From NCBI GenBank assembly GCA_017654855.1, contig CM030338.1, positions 1,798,001 through 1,862,000 of the forward strand: DNA of 64,000 nt, in the 5' to 3' direction. Positions 50,834 to 62,951 of this stretch are shown in pieces. The translations under genes were made by a program, and so were the position numbers. The notes below the pieces were generated by a model that saw only the letters and a list, made by a program, of their open reading frames with translations, searched no databases and was not told the origin of the DNA. This DNA is from Podospora anserina (Eukaryota). Each line of letters opens with the position of its first letter. Within the stretch, counting starts at the first letter, position 1.

Positions 50834-51727
50834 GGGAGTCTTTGGGGAGACGTTTCTGAGGTTTGTTTGGATAATGTGGAGCAAGCGAGGGCGTAGGGAG
50901 CGGGGTGGGATGATGAGATGTTGGATTTGAATATGAGGTGATATTTATGTGTGTTTCGGATTGTTGGATTTGAGTAGGAAAAGGGGAGGGACACAAGACC
51001 TGTGTGATATTTGTTTTTTTTTTACAGCAAAATAGTTGGAAAGATGGGTGGAAATGTGGTTGGGGGGGAGTGTTGACATAAAGTTTTGAAGCATCTTGAT
51101 TTTTTTCTTGTTTCTATACCTTGGGAGGTTTTTGTTTGGAAAGTATCACTTTTGGGAAGTGAGCGATGTGATGTGGGTTCGGTAAGTAGGATGCTGGATG
51201 GATTGTTTCCAAAAAGGAACATGTATGGGGTTTTGAGTGGTCGCCTGAGAAGAAGGACGGAGTGGGGGGGAGGCTTTCTATTCATATATATATATATATA
51301 TATAAATATTGAAAACACAGGAATTTCACACTTATGTCAAAGGGTTGTTAACTACCCTGATACTGCTCACTCTCGTGGTATATATATATAGTGGCTGCCG
51401 TACACGGCACAGCGTTCCGGATAGAATGATGACGAGATACTGCATGTGAAATCAAGCATGGCCTTCATGGATAACAGGACACATCTGGGTTAGGTATAGT
51501 GATGCGCCTCTTGATTATGCTGATACGCCTGACCAGTATCTTTCGACACGTCTCAACTATCTTCAAAGGTCTACGCTCCTGTCAAACACACAGAGTAGCA
51601 AAAAACACGGTTTCATATTGCCCCATGAATCATCTCTCCCATAACTGTCCCAATATCACTGCTACCAACCCATCCACCACACCCAAAACCCCCCAAACCC
51701 ATCAAACCCGCCCCAAAAACACCCCCC

Positions 51728-53698
51728 TTACCCCCTCCTATACCCCCTCCCCGTGGTCTGCTGACTCCTGGCCCGCTCCAACTGGTTCTTAAACTCCCCA
51801 AACAACCCCCTCACCTTCCCCCCCTCCACCCACCTCTCCACAATCTTATCCACCAGCTTATACTTCCTCTTCAGCTTCATCTTCTCCCTCTCCGCCAACC
51901 TCGCAGGCTGCATCCACCCCTCCGCCATCAGCTGGCTCTCCACCCAATCCTGCAGCCCATGCTTCCAGTGTATCAACGTGTGCGCAATCTCCGCGTTGCC
52001 GTTGCACACCACCCCGACGTAAAACGTCTTCTCTTCGGGGGGGATGGTGTTCCCGTCTTCGTCCACGTCGTAAGATTCGGATTGGGACTGGGAGGAGGAA
52101 TCACAGTCACTCGGCGGCTCAATCGGGTGGAGAAAGTCCATCCCAAAACGTTTAACATAGGGGGTGCCAGAAAAGGAAATCGTCCACGTTGCTGGGTGAC
52201 CTGACCGGCCGCACGCCTCGCAGTTGGATCCAAAGACTGTCTCGTGAGCTGAAGCGCCGACTTCGATGGAAGTGTACTGCGGCCTGGCACGCAAGGCTTT
52301 GTAAAAGTCAGGCTTCCACGCTGACGAGGTGAATTTTGAGCTGGCGAGCGCTCTGACCTCGTCGTCGAGTTTCTGCCAGCCGATGCGGTAGAGCTCGGCG
52401 GTCTTTTCGGCGAATCCGGGGTTGATCTTGTTTTGGACTAGCCACTCCACAACGTCCCGGAAGTGCTCGATGAGCTTCTTGCGGGCGTGGTGGGTGAATT
52501 GGAGGGGCATTTGCATCAGGTCGTCCGGGGCACCCATGGGTTCGTCGCTATCGTCTTCCACCACAAAGTCATCGAGGTCTTCGGCTTCGGCTTCGGTGCC
52601 CTCGTCGTCGGAGTCGCCCTTGAGAGCTTTGAGCTTCTTCTTTTTCTTTTTCTTGTCTTTTTTCCTCTTCTTTTTGCCGTCAGGCTCTGACGGTTCGGGG
52701 GCCTCGACTTCGTTTTGTTGTTCGTCTTCTTCATCCTCGAATTCTGAAAGCGCGAGGTGGTCGGAATCTGTATCGTAGAGCGCCTTGCGTGGCTCTACAT
52801 CTTCCTCTTCGTCCTCTTCCTCCTCCCCGTCCTCCTCAACGATCATCTCACCGGCACGTCGCCGACGAAGCATCTCTCGCGCCTTTTCCTTCGCCGAAAG
52901 AGGCTTTCGTGGGGTTTGTGAAGACCGCAGTCTCGGGGTAGGTGCAACGACCTCTTCTTCATCAGAGTCGCTCTGTTGCTGTTTTACCGGTGAAGAGCCC
53001 CTACGGATCAATCTCCGCTTCTTCACGGGCGAGGAGACCAAAGGCATGTCGTCTGAATCATCGCTATCAACCGCAAGCCGCCTCTTCCTGTTGACACGTG
53101 ATGAAACGGGCGTCACGATAGGCAAATCGTCTGACTCCTCGTCCGAATCCGCTGGAGCTTGCTGCTTTTGTTTCGGGGTAGATTCCTTCACGGGGCTTGG
53201 AGATGCTGACGACGAAGAGATGGAAGCTGGCTTGCCACGAGATTTTCCCCGCTTGGTGGGCCGTTCATCCTCGTCATCGTCATCGTCCTCACTGATGACG
53301 ATGGCCTTCTCCTTCCCTTTGGACGTTTGCCTGGTTGAGCTGACAGGCGGCTCATCCTCGGTCGCAGACGAAGACTGGTCGAGCTCCTTGGGGTAGGCGA
53401 GCGACGGTCTTGACCTTGTCTTCTTTGCGCTGCTGAGTATGACCTGGGAGGAAGTCATAAAGTTTCCACCTGGAGAAGAGCTGCTTGCGGCAGCGGAAGG
53501 AGGTGGTGGCATGGCGATCACGCTATTCTTGGATGGCGAGCCCTTGGTTGGAGTTGCTTTTCTGGGGGTTATCACGGCAGGCTTGACTCTTGGACGACCT
53601 GCGGGGAAAATATTAGCGATTTTTTCTTTGGAGGAAGAGAGAAACGTACCTAAGGTCGCTTCCAGGGTCTGTTGTTTCTTTTTAGAAGGCTTTGCCAT
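51728..53698 (-). CDS. DUF4211-like (CCDC82-like) protein with a long disordered acidic/basic N-terminus
   Basis: C-terminal FRDVVEWLVQNKINPGF..SSAWKPDFYKALRARP..CEACGRSGHPA..HTLIHWK; 51-nt intron 53599-53649; family name from recall. Confidence 0.78.
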   Translation of the reverse strand: MAKPSKKKQQTLEATLGTFLSSSKEKIANIFPAGRPRVKPAVITPRKATPTKGSPSKNSVIAMPPPPSAAASSSSPGGNFMTSSQVILSSAKKTRSRPSLAYPKELDQSSSATEDEPPVSSTRQTSKGKEKAIVISEDDDDDEDERPTKRGKSRGKPASISSSSASPSPVKESTPKQKQQAPADSDEESDDLPIVTPVSSRVNRKRRLAVDSDDSDDMPLVSSPVKKRRLIRRGSSPVKQQQSDSDEEEVVAPTPRLRSSQTPRKPLSAKEKAREMLRRRRAGEMIVEEDGEEEEDEEEDVEPRKALYDTDSDHLALSEFEDEEDEQQNEVEAPEPSEPDGKKKRKKDKKKKKKKLKALKGDSDDEGTEAEAEDLDDFVVEDDSDEPMGAPDDLMQMPLQFTHHARKKLIEHFRDVVEWLVQNKINPGFAEKTAELYRIGWQKLDDEVRALASSKFTSSAWKPDFYKALRARPQYTSIEVGASAHETVFGSNCEACGRSGHPATWTISFSGTPYVKRFGMDFLHPIEPPSDCDSSSQSQSESYDVDEDGNTIPPEEKTFYVGVVCNGNAEIAHTLIHWKHGLQDWVESQLMAEGWMQPARLAEREKMKLKRKYKLVDKIVERWVEGGKVRGLFGEFKNQLERARSQQTTGRGYRRG

Positions 53699-54808
53699 TC
53701 GTAGAGCTGTGTTGCGCAGTTAGTTAGAGTTGTTGGTTGGCGGAAACAGCAAGCGAGCTCGAGGTTCAAGAAAGGCTTTTGTAGTGGGTGAGCAACCAGA
53801 AGAATAGGCGTGACCCAGCGGCTTCTTCTTCAACCCGAAATTGTCCCCATCAAGAAATTGACTTACCAAGCACTTATGCCTGCCGTGGTCTTGATTATTT
53901 CTGAGACAGGCGATTTTTGACAGTGATGCCGACTGTAGTCAACGAGTCTGAATGGCACCGGGTTCTTACCTCGTCGCAACAAAAGTACAAGTGATGCCAG
54001 GGCCAGAGAAAAAGTGATGGCGATGTTGGCTAGGTAGCTCCGAAAACGGTTATAGTGGTGCAAGCAGATTCCCTGATGGACGCGTATAGCCGTGGCGTTG
54101 AGAGAACGCGGTACCACGTGACCGGAAATTGAAAGTCTAAACTTGCAACCTTGTCCCCTTTTATACATGTACAAAAAAGCTCGAATTCAAACCATGTGCA
54201 TGCGAAAACAACATTAAATATACGGTTCGGATCTATTCCTCAAGATTTCTTTTCTCTACACCGATACCATCGAGCTGGTAAAACGGCTGAGGTTCTATTC
54301 ATTTTCATAGTGTTTGCGCCTCCGAAAAAAAAGACGCACAACCAACTCCTGCTTCCCATGCTTTATAGAAATATACAAGCCCAAGGTTGTCCGGGTACAC
54401 ACCACACACGCTTCCACCCCTTCCCCCCCGCGTCCCTCCATCTTTGACCTGTCATCCATTCATTCGTCCCATCCCATCCATCCATCCATCCCAGGCCCTT
54501 TGTGTTTCCCAGCCGTGCCAAACATTCCACATTAATTAAACCCGGACACCAAAGCCAGCCAACCTTGCACCTTGTACCACCCCCCCAAGCCCCTCCCCAC
54601 CCATTTCTCATAGATGCTTATTATACCGAATGAACACCTGGCTCCAATGGAAAACTGGACAGGATATCTCTAAAACCCCCAATAGTAGAATGTCAAAGGG
54701 GAATGCTCAAGATCGCGCCAGCACGCCCGCTTTCCCCGTGATTATGTACAGTAACTCGCACATGTATACTTTTTGTCGTTGCAAGCAAGGAAATCCCAGA
54801 GAGGGGAA

Positions 54809-56779
54809 TTATCTCAAGGGTACCTTGGCATCTTGTACACCGCGCGCCAGCACGTCCTCGAGCTTCCACCTTGGGGGCTTGATGACACCTTCCAGACCGT
54901 TGGCCTTGCGCCACTCCTTCTCCATCTCTGGGGTGACACCTTCCGGCAGAGGCTCAGCACCGCCAGCCAAACCGGTGGAGTACTTGATCTGGATAATGTC
55001 GCCAACCTCGTCGCAAGCAGCAAGAACACGGTCCAGATCCTCCTTGTTGTGAGCCGAAGAGACGCAGAAACGGGCGCGGGAGCTGATGAGAGGAGTGGCG
55101 GGGTAGCCAACAACGACGACCGAGATCTTGCGCTTGAGCATCTCGTGACTGAAAGCGGCGATCTTGGCGGGGTGGTAAAGCATGATGGGAATGATGGGCG
55201 AGTCGTCGTGGCCGTAGACGATGTAGCCGAGACGCTTCAATCCAAGACGAAGGTAGCGAGAGTTGAAGGCAATGCGCTGGAGACGCTCCTCACCCTGACC
55301 AGGTGCAAGTTCGCCGGTGATGATACGAAGGGAAGCCAGGATTTGCATGAGAACAGAAGGAGCAGGGGATTCGCCGAGGAGAGTGGCGGCGTTTGTGCTT
55401 CTGAGCTTGTCGATGATGTGCTTCTCGGCAGCAACATAACCACCGTTGGCGCCGAAGGACTTGGTCAAAGTACCCATGAGGATATCAATCTCGGCCGGAT
55501 CCACACCGAAGTAGTCGCAAACACCGCGGCCACGGGGGCCGAGGGCACCGATGCTGTGAGCCTCGTCGACATACAGGAAGAACTTGTACTTCTTCTTGAG
55601 AGCCAAAACACCGGGGAGATCCACCATGGTACCCTCCATCGAGTACAGACCCTCAACAGCAACGAGAATCTTCTTCCAGGGGCGGTGAGTGCGGGGCTGG
55701 CCCTGAGAAATAGCCTCGCGAAGCTTGGCCTCGAGATCGCCGATGTCGTTGTGCTTGAACGAGCGAATAACAGCGCCAGAGAGACGGGCACCAATGCGAA
55801 TCGAGGCGTGGTTGAGCTCGTCAGAGAGGATCAGGCAGCCCTTGGACACCAGAGCAGGGAAAGAGCCGGCGTTGGTGACGAAACCCATGGAGAAGACCAT
55901 GGCGGCAGGCTTGCCAACAAACTGGGCCACCTCGCGCTCCACCTCGACGGCAAGATCGTTGGTACCAGAATCAGCACGGGGGCTGGCAGAGCTAAGGCCA
56001 TACTTGCGCACACATTCCTCCACCGCGTCGGCGCAGGGGCCGTCGGACTGGGCGAAACCGAGGTAGTTGTAGGAGCTCATGTTGAGGGTCTGAGTGTAGG
56101 TGCCAGTGAACTTGTAGGTGCGGTTGAAGTCGTCCGACTTGCGATCCATGAGGGTGATGAAGCGGCCAGGAACACCGGTAGTAGGTCTGGCGAAGCAGTC
56201 GTCCAGGCGGAGCTTCAGTCTCCGGACGTAGAAGTTGTCAAAGTCATCATTAAGAGGCGCATATCCGTTCTGGGCCTTGAGGGTCTGGTAGTGCTTCTTG
56301 TTGCCGAAGCGCTTGCCGAAGAAGTCGCGAATATGGCCGCAGAAGATTAGGATTAGGTAGCTGAGATAGGTGGTAAGGACAAAGTAATAGGGAGGCTCAT
56401 CCTCGATCGGGGTCTCGAGCGGTTGGCCGAAGCTCTGGCTGACGTGTCGGTGAGTCGGATGAAGCAGGGGGCCAAACTGGGACGCGGCGCGCTCTTCCTT
56501 GCGGGCCTCGTCGGCCGAAGGAGGCTCGAACAGAGTGGTCGGGGGCTCGTCGAGGTGCTGCTCTCCGGCAGCGGCGGCCGAGAGGGAGATGGTGGGCAGC
56601 GACATGGCCGAGGGCGACGAGACAGACGACTGCTGTTGAGAATGCGATTGCTCCTTAGCCTTGGACGAGAAGAAACCAACGAGGCGGTTGCCCTTGGAGT
56701 GTGAGGCCCGTCGCTCCCCAGCCCTTTCTGACTGTGGCATACTGCTGGTCGAGAAAGGGTTTGTGAGCTTTCGCGGCAT
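54809..56779 (-). CDS. LCB2: Serine palmitoyltransferase catalytic subunit
   Basis: LNMSSYNYLGFA, SDELNHASI, VDEAHSIGALG and PLP-lysine motif MGTLTKSFGA; first ATG at 56779 (the ORF track starts at an upstream GTG). Confidence 0.97.
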   Translation of the reverse strand: MPRKLTNPFSTSSMPQSERAGERRASHSKGNRLVGFFSSKAKEQSHSQQQSSVSSPSAMSLPTISLSAAAAGEQHLDEPPTTLFEPPSADEARKEERAASQFGPLLHPTHRHVSQSFGQPLETPIEDEPPYYFVLTTYLSYLILIFCGHIRDFFGKRFGNKKHYQTLKAQNGYAPLNDDFDNFYVRRLKLRLDDCFARPTTGVPGRFITLMDRKSDDFNRTYKFTGTYTQTLNMSSYNYLGFAQSDGPCADAVEECVRKYGLSSASPRADSGTNDLAVEVEREVAQFVGKPAAMVFSMGFVTNAGSFPALVSKGCLILSDELNHASIRIGARLSGAVIRSFKHNDIGDLEAKLREAISQGQPRTHRPWKKILVAVEGLYSMEGTMVDLPGVLALKKKYKFFLYVDEAHSIGALGPRGRGVCDYFGVDPAEIDILMGTLTKSFGANGGYVAAEKHIIDKLRSTNAATLLGESPAPSVLMQILASLRIITGELAPGQGEERLQRIAFNSRYLRLGLKRLGYIVYGHDDSPIIPIMLYHPAKIAAFSHEMLKRKISVVVVGYPATPLISSRARFCVSSAHNKEDLDRVLAACDEVGDIIQIKYSTGLAGGAEPLPEGVTPEMEKEWRKANGLEGVIKPPRWKLEDVLARGVQDAKVPLR

Positions 56780-58846
56780 CGAAACGGCGGGAAACAATAG
56801 AACCGAGTTATTCGTACTGGAGAATGAGTAAAACGCCCTCGCCCTGCTGTTCTGCACGCACGCGCGGGTCTTGAGAGCTTGTTCGTGGTGTTGTTGTTTT
56901 CCGAGGTCAAACTCTCATCCGCGAGGGCTGGCAGAACAAGAGACGTGAGGTTTGAGAAAAGGAAGGGCTGGTCTGACAGGGCGAGGAATCTAATCAAGTG
57001 AGAAAGAAAAAAAAACAGACTCGAAGAGGGCGGAGAGAGATGGAGGCCAGGGGAACGCCTCGCCAGGAAATTACCGGTCGCTGGCGGATGCCCTGGAACC
57101 AGGTGTGGATTGGGGTGGTCTGCGCGCGCTGCTGCTAGCATCCCATCAGGGTTAAGTGGAGGGGCCTGCCGTGTACCTTGGCCACCTGGTAATTTGACCA
57201 CGCCCTGCGGCCCCCTGTCGCTCACCAACAGCACCACACCTGCAGCACCCAACACCCATGGGTGATGATGGATCACCATCACCAACCCCGACCCACCATC
57301 GACCATCGACCATCGACCCTCAACCTCCACCCTCCACCCTCCACCAGCCCAGTGCCCTTCCCGTTGCCGAGACGTCCGGTGCGCTTCCGGGGCTGACTGA
57401 TTGAGGGGCGGGGCGTGAGTGAGGTGAGTGAGGTGAGGGGGGTCATGATTCCATCATTATTCAGCTTTATCAGCTTCATCAGCGTCACTTGAGCACAGCG
57501 GTCTATCTCTACACCGGCCTCCTTCACCCTGCATTAGCAGCATATCCCAATTTGGAGATGGTGATAATACACGCTGTAAAAAATCTGATGCCGGTCTGGT
57601 CTTGTATCCCGCCGTCCGTGGATCTCTTGAGGGCGTCCCGCCAATCGGGCTCCTTGTTTGCCCGCTCCCAGTGGCACTCTCTCGTGCTGTCACTCCCAGA
57701 GCAGCATAGCGCCATCGTGAAGAGGCACAGAGAATGTCAGAAATCTTTCAGGGTCAGGGTCAGGGCGTGCTCCCAAGACAAAAACACCAACAAAACTGCA
57801 GTGGTTGGAGAAGATGGAGAACCCAAAAGGAAGTGGCATGACCGAACGAGCGGTGTACAGTTTTACAAAACAGTTTCCACTGGAAAGGTAACAAACCACC
57901 CGGCGGCGTCTGCCACCGTCGAACCGTTGATTGTACCACGGCAATTGCGTCAAAATCAGATGTCTTTCTTAACGGCTTTTCCATTGCCCGAAACCCGCTG
58001 CGGGCTGCTTCGAACATCTTTTATCACATTGCCCATGTGGCAGCCCCCCAGTGTTACGCGTGTTTCTGAGACTAACTGAGGTGACAGCTGGGAGCGTCGC
58101 ATGCGTTAATATAATTATACGCGGATGAGGTGAGCGGGCAGTGATCGGTGAGCACCGCCGAATACCTCGGGGCTATAAAAGCTCGGGGAGGGGCTTGGTC
58201 TTCCCCAGGTGTACGCACTCTGTACTTCTCGCTCTACTCTCGGAATCATTCTCCGGCCAAGAAATGCTTGTTTTGCTCCCGAAAGACAAGATCAAGGAAA
58301 AGGCACAAGCTTAAACTTTTGGAGATGTCGTTCGAACATATGGAAAGTCAAAGCAGCCGCTGCGGGTTAAACAGACCGGTACCTGCATGGAAAGCTGCCG
58401 AGTGTGGAAGGGATGCCGCCGCTTGCATCATCCGTTCAGTGGCCCGACCCCGACCTCCGGTTTGCGCTGCTTGTTGTCTCGCCTTGCTGGAGCTTTCTTC
58501 TCTGGTTATCCCTCGGGTGTCGTGTGGCAAGCGTCGGCTTTCGCCGGACTCGGTCCAGTCGTTTTAGGGTCGGGATCGAAGTTTAGAGAAAGAGAGCAAC
58601 GCCAGGAAGAATCCGCGGGACACTTTTCCATTCCCCGTTGCTGGATTCCCCCCGTTGAGTAGTACATCAGGGTCATCAACAACTGTTTTGTTTCGTCGTT
58701 CTCTTTGTCGGTTTCAAACTGTGGATTTGTCCAACACCGCCACTCCATTCGTTACTACACATTGTGTCGTTCCATCATATCGCCTTTTCCAAGTTTGCCG
58801 GATATCCCCCAATTTTTTCAAGGAAAAAGAAGTGGTGGTGGACACA

Positions 58847-61038
58847 ATGACGGCATCGGAGCTCTGGAGACACTCTGACCCTGAGGGGACCCAGATGTGG
58901 AAGTTTCTGCAGCACGTAAACTCCAAGTATGGGCTGTCGTTAGCTGATTATCCCGATCTCTACAAGTGGTCAGTCGACAATGTGGCCGACTTTTGGGGGG
59001 ACGTGTGGCATTTTGCCGGCATCAAGGCTTCCAAGCCATTTGATCAGGTGCGTTTTCTGTGTAAAGTGTAACCCCTGAACTGAGCCCCTGAATTGAGCCC
59101 CTGAATTGGTCGCCCATACCACCCTATCACAGAACCTCCGTTTCCTGTGTTTGCTAACAATGCCCTCAGGTCCTGGCTCCTGATGCCCCCATGTTCCCGA
59201 GGCCCGACTTCTTTGCCGGTGCGCGTCTGAACTTTGCCGAGAACCTCTTGTTCCCAGCCAACGCCGATGTCGACGAGGATGCCGTCGCCGTAATCACCGC
59301 TACGGAGGATGACAATGCGTTGACGGAGACAACATGGGCCGAGCTCCGCGATCAAGTACGCAGGTGCTCCAATGCTCTCCGTGCTGCTGGAGTGAAAGAA
59401 AACAGTGTCGTTGCTGGCTTCGTGGCCAACCACGTCCAGGCTCTCGTCGCCTTGCTCAGTGCTGCCACCCTCGGTGCGATTTGGACTGGCATCAGCCCTG
59501 ACAGCGGCGTCAGCGCTGTCCTCGACCGTCTCGTTCAGATCCGCCCCCAGGTTCTCTTCTCCGACAACGCCACCCTCTACAACGGCAAAGAATGGTCCGG
59601 CAAGGCCAAGACGCTCGAAATCGTCGAGGCTCTCAAGCAGCACGGTCTCGAAACCGTCGTCATCATCAAAGGCCTCCCCAACTTTGAGACCGGCCTCGAT
59701 GAGTTCCGCAACCTGGGCGTCAGAGCAGAGGAGCATGACTCCTTCCTGTCTTCCTCTACCGACCAACCTCTGGTCTTCACCCAACTACCCCCATCCCACC
59801 CCCTCTACGTCCTTTATTCGTCCGGCACCACCGGCCTCCCCAAGGCGATAGTCCACACCGCAGCTGGCACCCTCCTCCAGCACAAGAAGGAACTCTACCT
59901 CCACTGCTCCTTGTCCCCAGCCTCGAGGATGCTGTACTTCACCACCACCTCCTGGATGATGCACCACTGGTCCGTCTCTGCCCTCTCCTGCGGCGCCTCT
60001 TTGGTTCTCTACTCGGGCAGCCCCTTCAAACCGAACGGCTACCTCTCCCTCCCCATCCTCCTCTCCAAGCTGAGGGTAACCCACTTTGGCACCTCAGCCG
60101 CGTACCTCACCACCCTCGAAGCGAACAGCGTCATCCCTATTGCGTCAGAGCACAACCTTGACCTTTCTCGACTGGAGGCAATCTACTCCACCGCCTCCCC
60201 CTTACCCCCCTCAACCTTTTCGTTTGTGTATCAAGCTTTTCCCTCTCGTGTCAACCTGGCGAGTATCACAGGCGGAACAGACATCATCTCCCTGTTTGGG
60301 GCCCCCTGTCCTTTACTCCCCGTCAAGGTTGGGGAGATTCAGTGCGCGGGACTTGGGATGGCGATTGCGGTCATGGATTCGGCGTCTTCATCCGCCGAAC
60401 CGGAGCTGGTCACGACTGAAGGGGAGGAAGGCGATCTGGTCTGTCTCAAGCCGTTTCCTTGCCAGCCTTTAACCTTTTTCGGCCCTGCTGGACAGGACAA
60501 GTACCGCTCTGCGTATTTTGAGAGGTTTGGGGAGAATATCTGGCATCACGGGGATTTTGTCAAGATTCCTGACTCGAAAACGGGGGGGTTGGTCATGTTG
60601 GGGCGGAGTGATGGGGTGCTAAAGCCGGCGGGGGTTAGGTTTGGGAGTGCGGAGATTTATAATGTGCTGACGAGACATTTTGGGGGGGAGGTGGAGGACG
60701 CGGTTTGTGTGGGGAGGCGGAGGGAGAGGGATAGGGATGAGACGGTTTGTTTGTTTGTTGTTATGAAAGAAGGGAAAGGGTTTGATGAGGGGGTTAGGAG
60801 GCGGATTGGGGAGGTGGTGAGACGGGAGCTGAGCGCGAGGCATGTGCCGGGGGTGATTGAAGAGGCGGGAGGGGGGGTGCCGAAGACGGGGAATGGGAAG
60901 AAGATTGAGGTGGCGGTGAAGCAGATTTTGAGCGGGATGCAGGTGAGGACGAATGCTAGTGTTGCTAATCCGGAGGCGTTGGAGTGGTTTAAGGGGTGGG
61001 CCAGGAGGGAGGAGGAGAGGGAGAGGTTGCCCAATTGA
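58847..61038 (+). CDS. Acetoacetyl-CoA synthetase (acetoacetate-CoA ligase)
   Basis: FFAGARLNFAENLL, AMP-binding YSSGTTGLPKAIVH, SITGGTDI, GRSDGVLKPAGVRFGSAEIYN and PKTGNGKK; intron 59048-59170. Confidence 0.95.
59072..59109 (+). repeat. 13-nt tandem repeat CCCCTGAAYTGAG, 3 copies, inside the acetoacetyl-CoA synthetase intron
   Basis: Direct read. Confidence 0.8.
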
Positions 61039-61580
61039 TGGGGATGATGACCTGATGTAGGAATAGGCTGTTTTGATATTGTGTCTTGGTATGAATAGAT
61101 TGACATTGAAGCAAATGGCTGGCGGGCTGTAGAAGGACAACCTCGACGGGGGGTTCAGAGAGCAATCAACTTGGGCTGGTTTTAAACTACACGTATGAAA
61201 ATGGCATAGTATAAAGAGGCATGATTTGCTTTGGCAGGGGGGAGAGTTGTTCTGCTTGCTCGTCGAAACTCATCAAAGTTAAAATCTAGCCATGCCACTC
61301 CCAAGCTGGACTTTGAAGCATTATCAATCCACATTATTGCTAGCAAAGCTTGTACCTTGCATGTCGTATTCATAACCACCATTCAATCATAGACCTCATG
61401 ACCCAAAGGAAAGATTATGAAAAGATTGACCCCTGGAAAAAAAAAAAGAAAAAGAAGAAAGTTTTGACCACTACCCCCCCCTTATGCTCATCAAACACCA
61501 AAAACACCTCGTATACATTTTCTTTCATCATCATCATCAAGTCACTTTTACCCTTCCCCAAACCCCCCATTTTTGTCTTT

Positions 61581-62951
61581 TCACGCCCTCCCCCCCCTCT
61601 CCCTCCTACTCCCATTAACAATAACCGGCCGCCCCCTACTCCCATCCACCACCACCGGCGCCCCCTCCTCCCTCCTCTCCCCCCCACCATCACCCCCACC
61701 CCCCCGCCTCTCCCTCCTCCGCTCCCTCTTCTGCTCCTCCATCACCCCCCTGTTCTTCTTCCCATCCCTCCCAGCAGGAATCCCCTCCGCCAACCTAGCC
61801 GTCAGCCCCCTCCCCCCAAAAGCAACCCCGTTCAGACAATCCACCGCCCCCATGGCAACCTCTGCCGACGAGAAGGTAATAAACGCCGTTCCCTTGGGTT
61901 TGTTTTCTCGGGACCTGGAACTGATAGGAATCTCGATTTGTTCTATGGCGGTGGAGTACGCTGGTGGGCAAAAGGTGGATAGCAAAGAAGAGATGTACGA
62001 CTGGTCGAGGCGGCGTTTATCGAGGTTTAGCAAGATGATCTTGCGGTTTTCGAGGAGGATGAGGTCCGATGAGGGGGGGTAGGATAGGGAGAGGGAGGAG
62101 AACTCGTTGGTGAGGGAGGAGGAAGGGTCGAAGAATTCTTGGGGTGGAGGGGCGGGGTAGTATCCTTCGGTGGTGTTGCTGCCTGGGGGACCGGGGTAGT
62201 AGGTTTCCCCTGGGTTGGGGTAAAGGGTGGTGCCAGGGAAGGGCTGAGCAACGGGGAGGTCTTGGTAGGGGAGGGTGGTGGGGGGGTATTCTTGAGGGGT
62301 GGTGGTGTAGGCTGGGTAGGAGGGCCAGGTTTGGTCGGTGGTGTACTGGATCGGGGAGGTGCACTCTGAGTTGCGTCCCATGGTGTCGACCGGGTCAGGG
62401 TTGGTTGGGTAGGCGTAGTATGTGTCTGGGGCTGGCTGGGGGGCGGAGGGGTCTTCGACTACGCGGCCTCGTTGGTGGCCTTTGAGCATGATGGCGTGGT
62501 AGTCGTTGGGCGGGAGCTTGACGACGGTGGACTGGTCTCTGTTTCTGGCGTCGGCTTGGAGGCAGCGGTAGTGAAGGGTATTACCGTCTAGGAACTCTGT
62601 GTGAGGGTGAGTTTCGTTAGCTAGGAATGATATCAACAAAAGGAAAACACAGAGTGCTTACTGTACGCCTTCTCAAAGTTCTCCAGCCCCTTGACCCGGA
62701 CGAAGCCCGCGGTCGGGTCATAGATCAGGCAAAAGTCTACCTCGCAGACTTGAGAAACAAAAGCCTTGAGATCTTTCCATGTTGTGCTGTGTGAGAACTG
62801 CAGGGAGACATCAGGGTTAGCCTCAGAGACAAGCCGGTTCGAAAAGGACTGCGGCTACATTTGCAATAGTGATGTAATATAACCCAGTGATATTCCCCGG
62901 CGGGACTGTGACAAGAACCAGATTTTGGTGATGCGCTTGGCTGCGAGACAT
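61581..62951 (-). CDS. RNA-binding protein with two RRM-like domains separated by a Pro/Tyr-rich linker; 2 introns
   Basis: ATG 62951 MSRSQ..GLYYITIAN / FSHSTTWKDLKAFVSQVCEVDF..GFVRVKG; C-terminal RRM RKIILLNL..KGTAFITFSSAEVAMGAVDCLNG..GLTARLA. Confidence 0.8.

Noticed and set aside
57290-57770. Short repeats (GACCATC)3, GTGAG-type repeats and (TCAGGG)3
   Set aside because: Simple slippage repeats without spacers; not CRISPR or transposon termini
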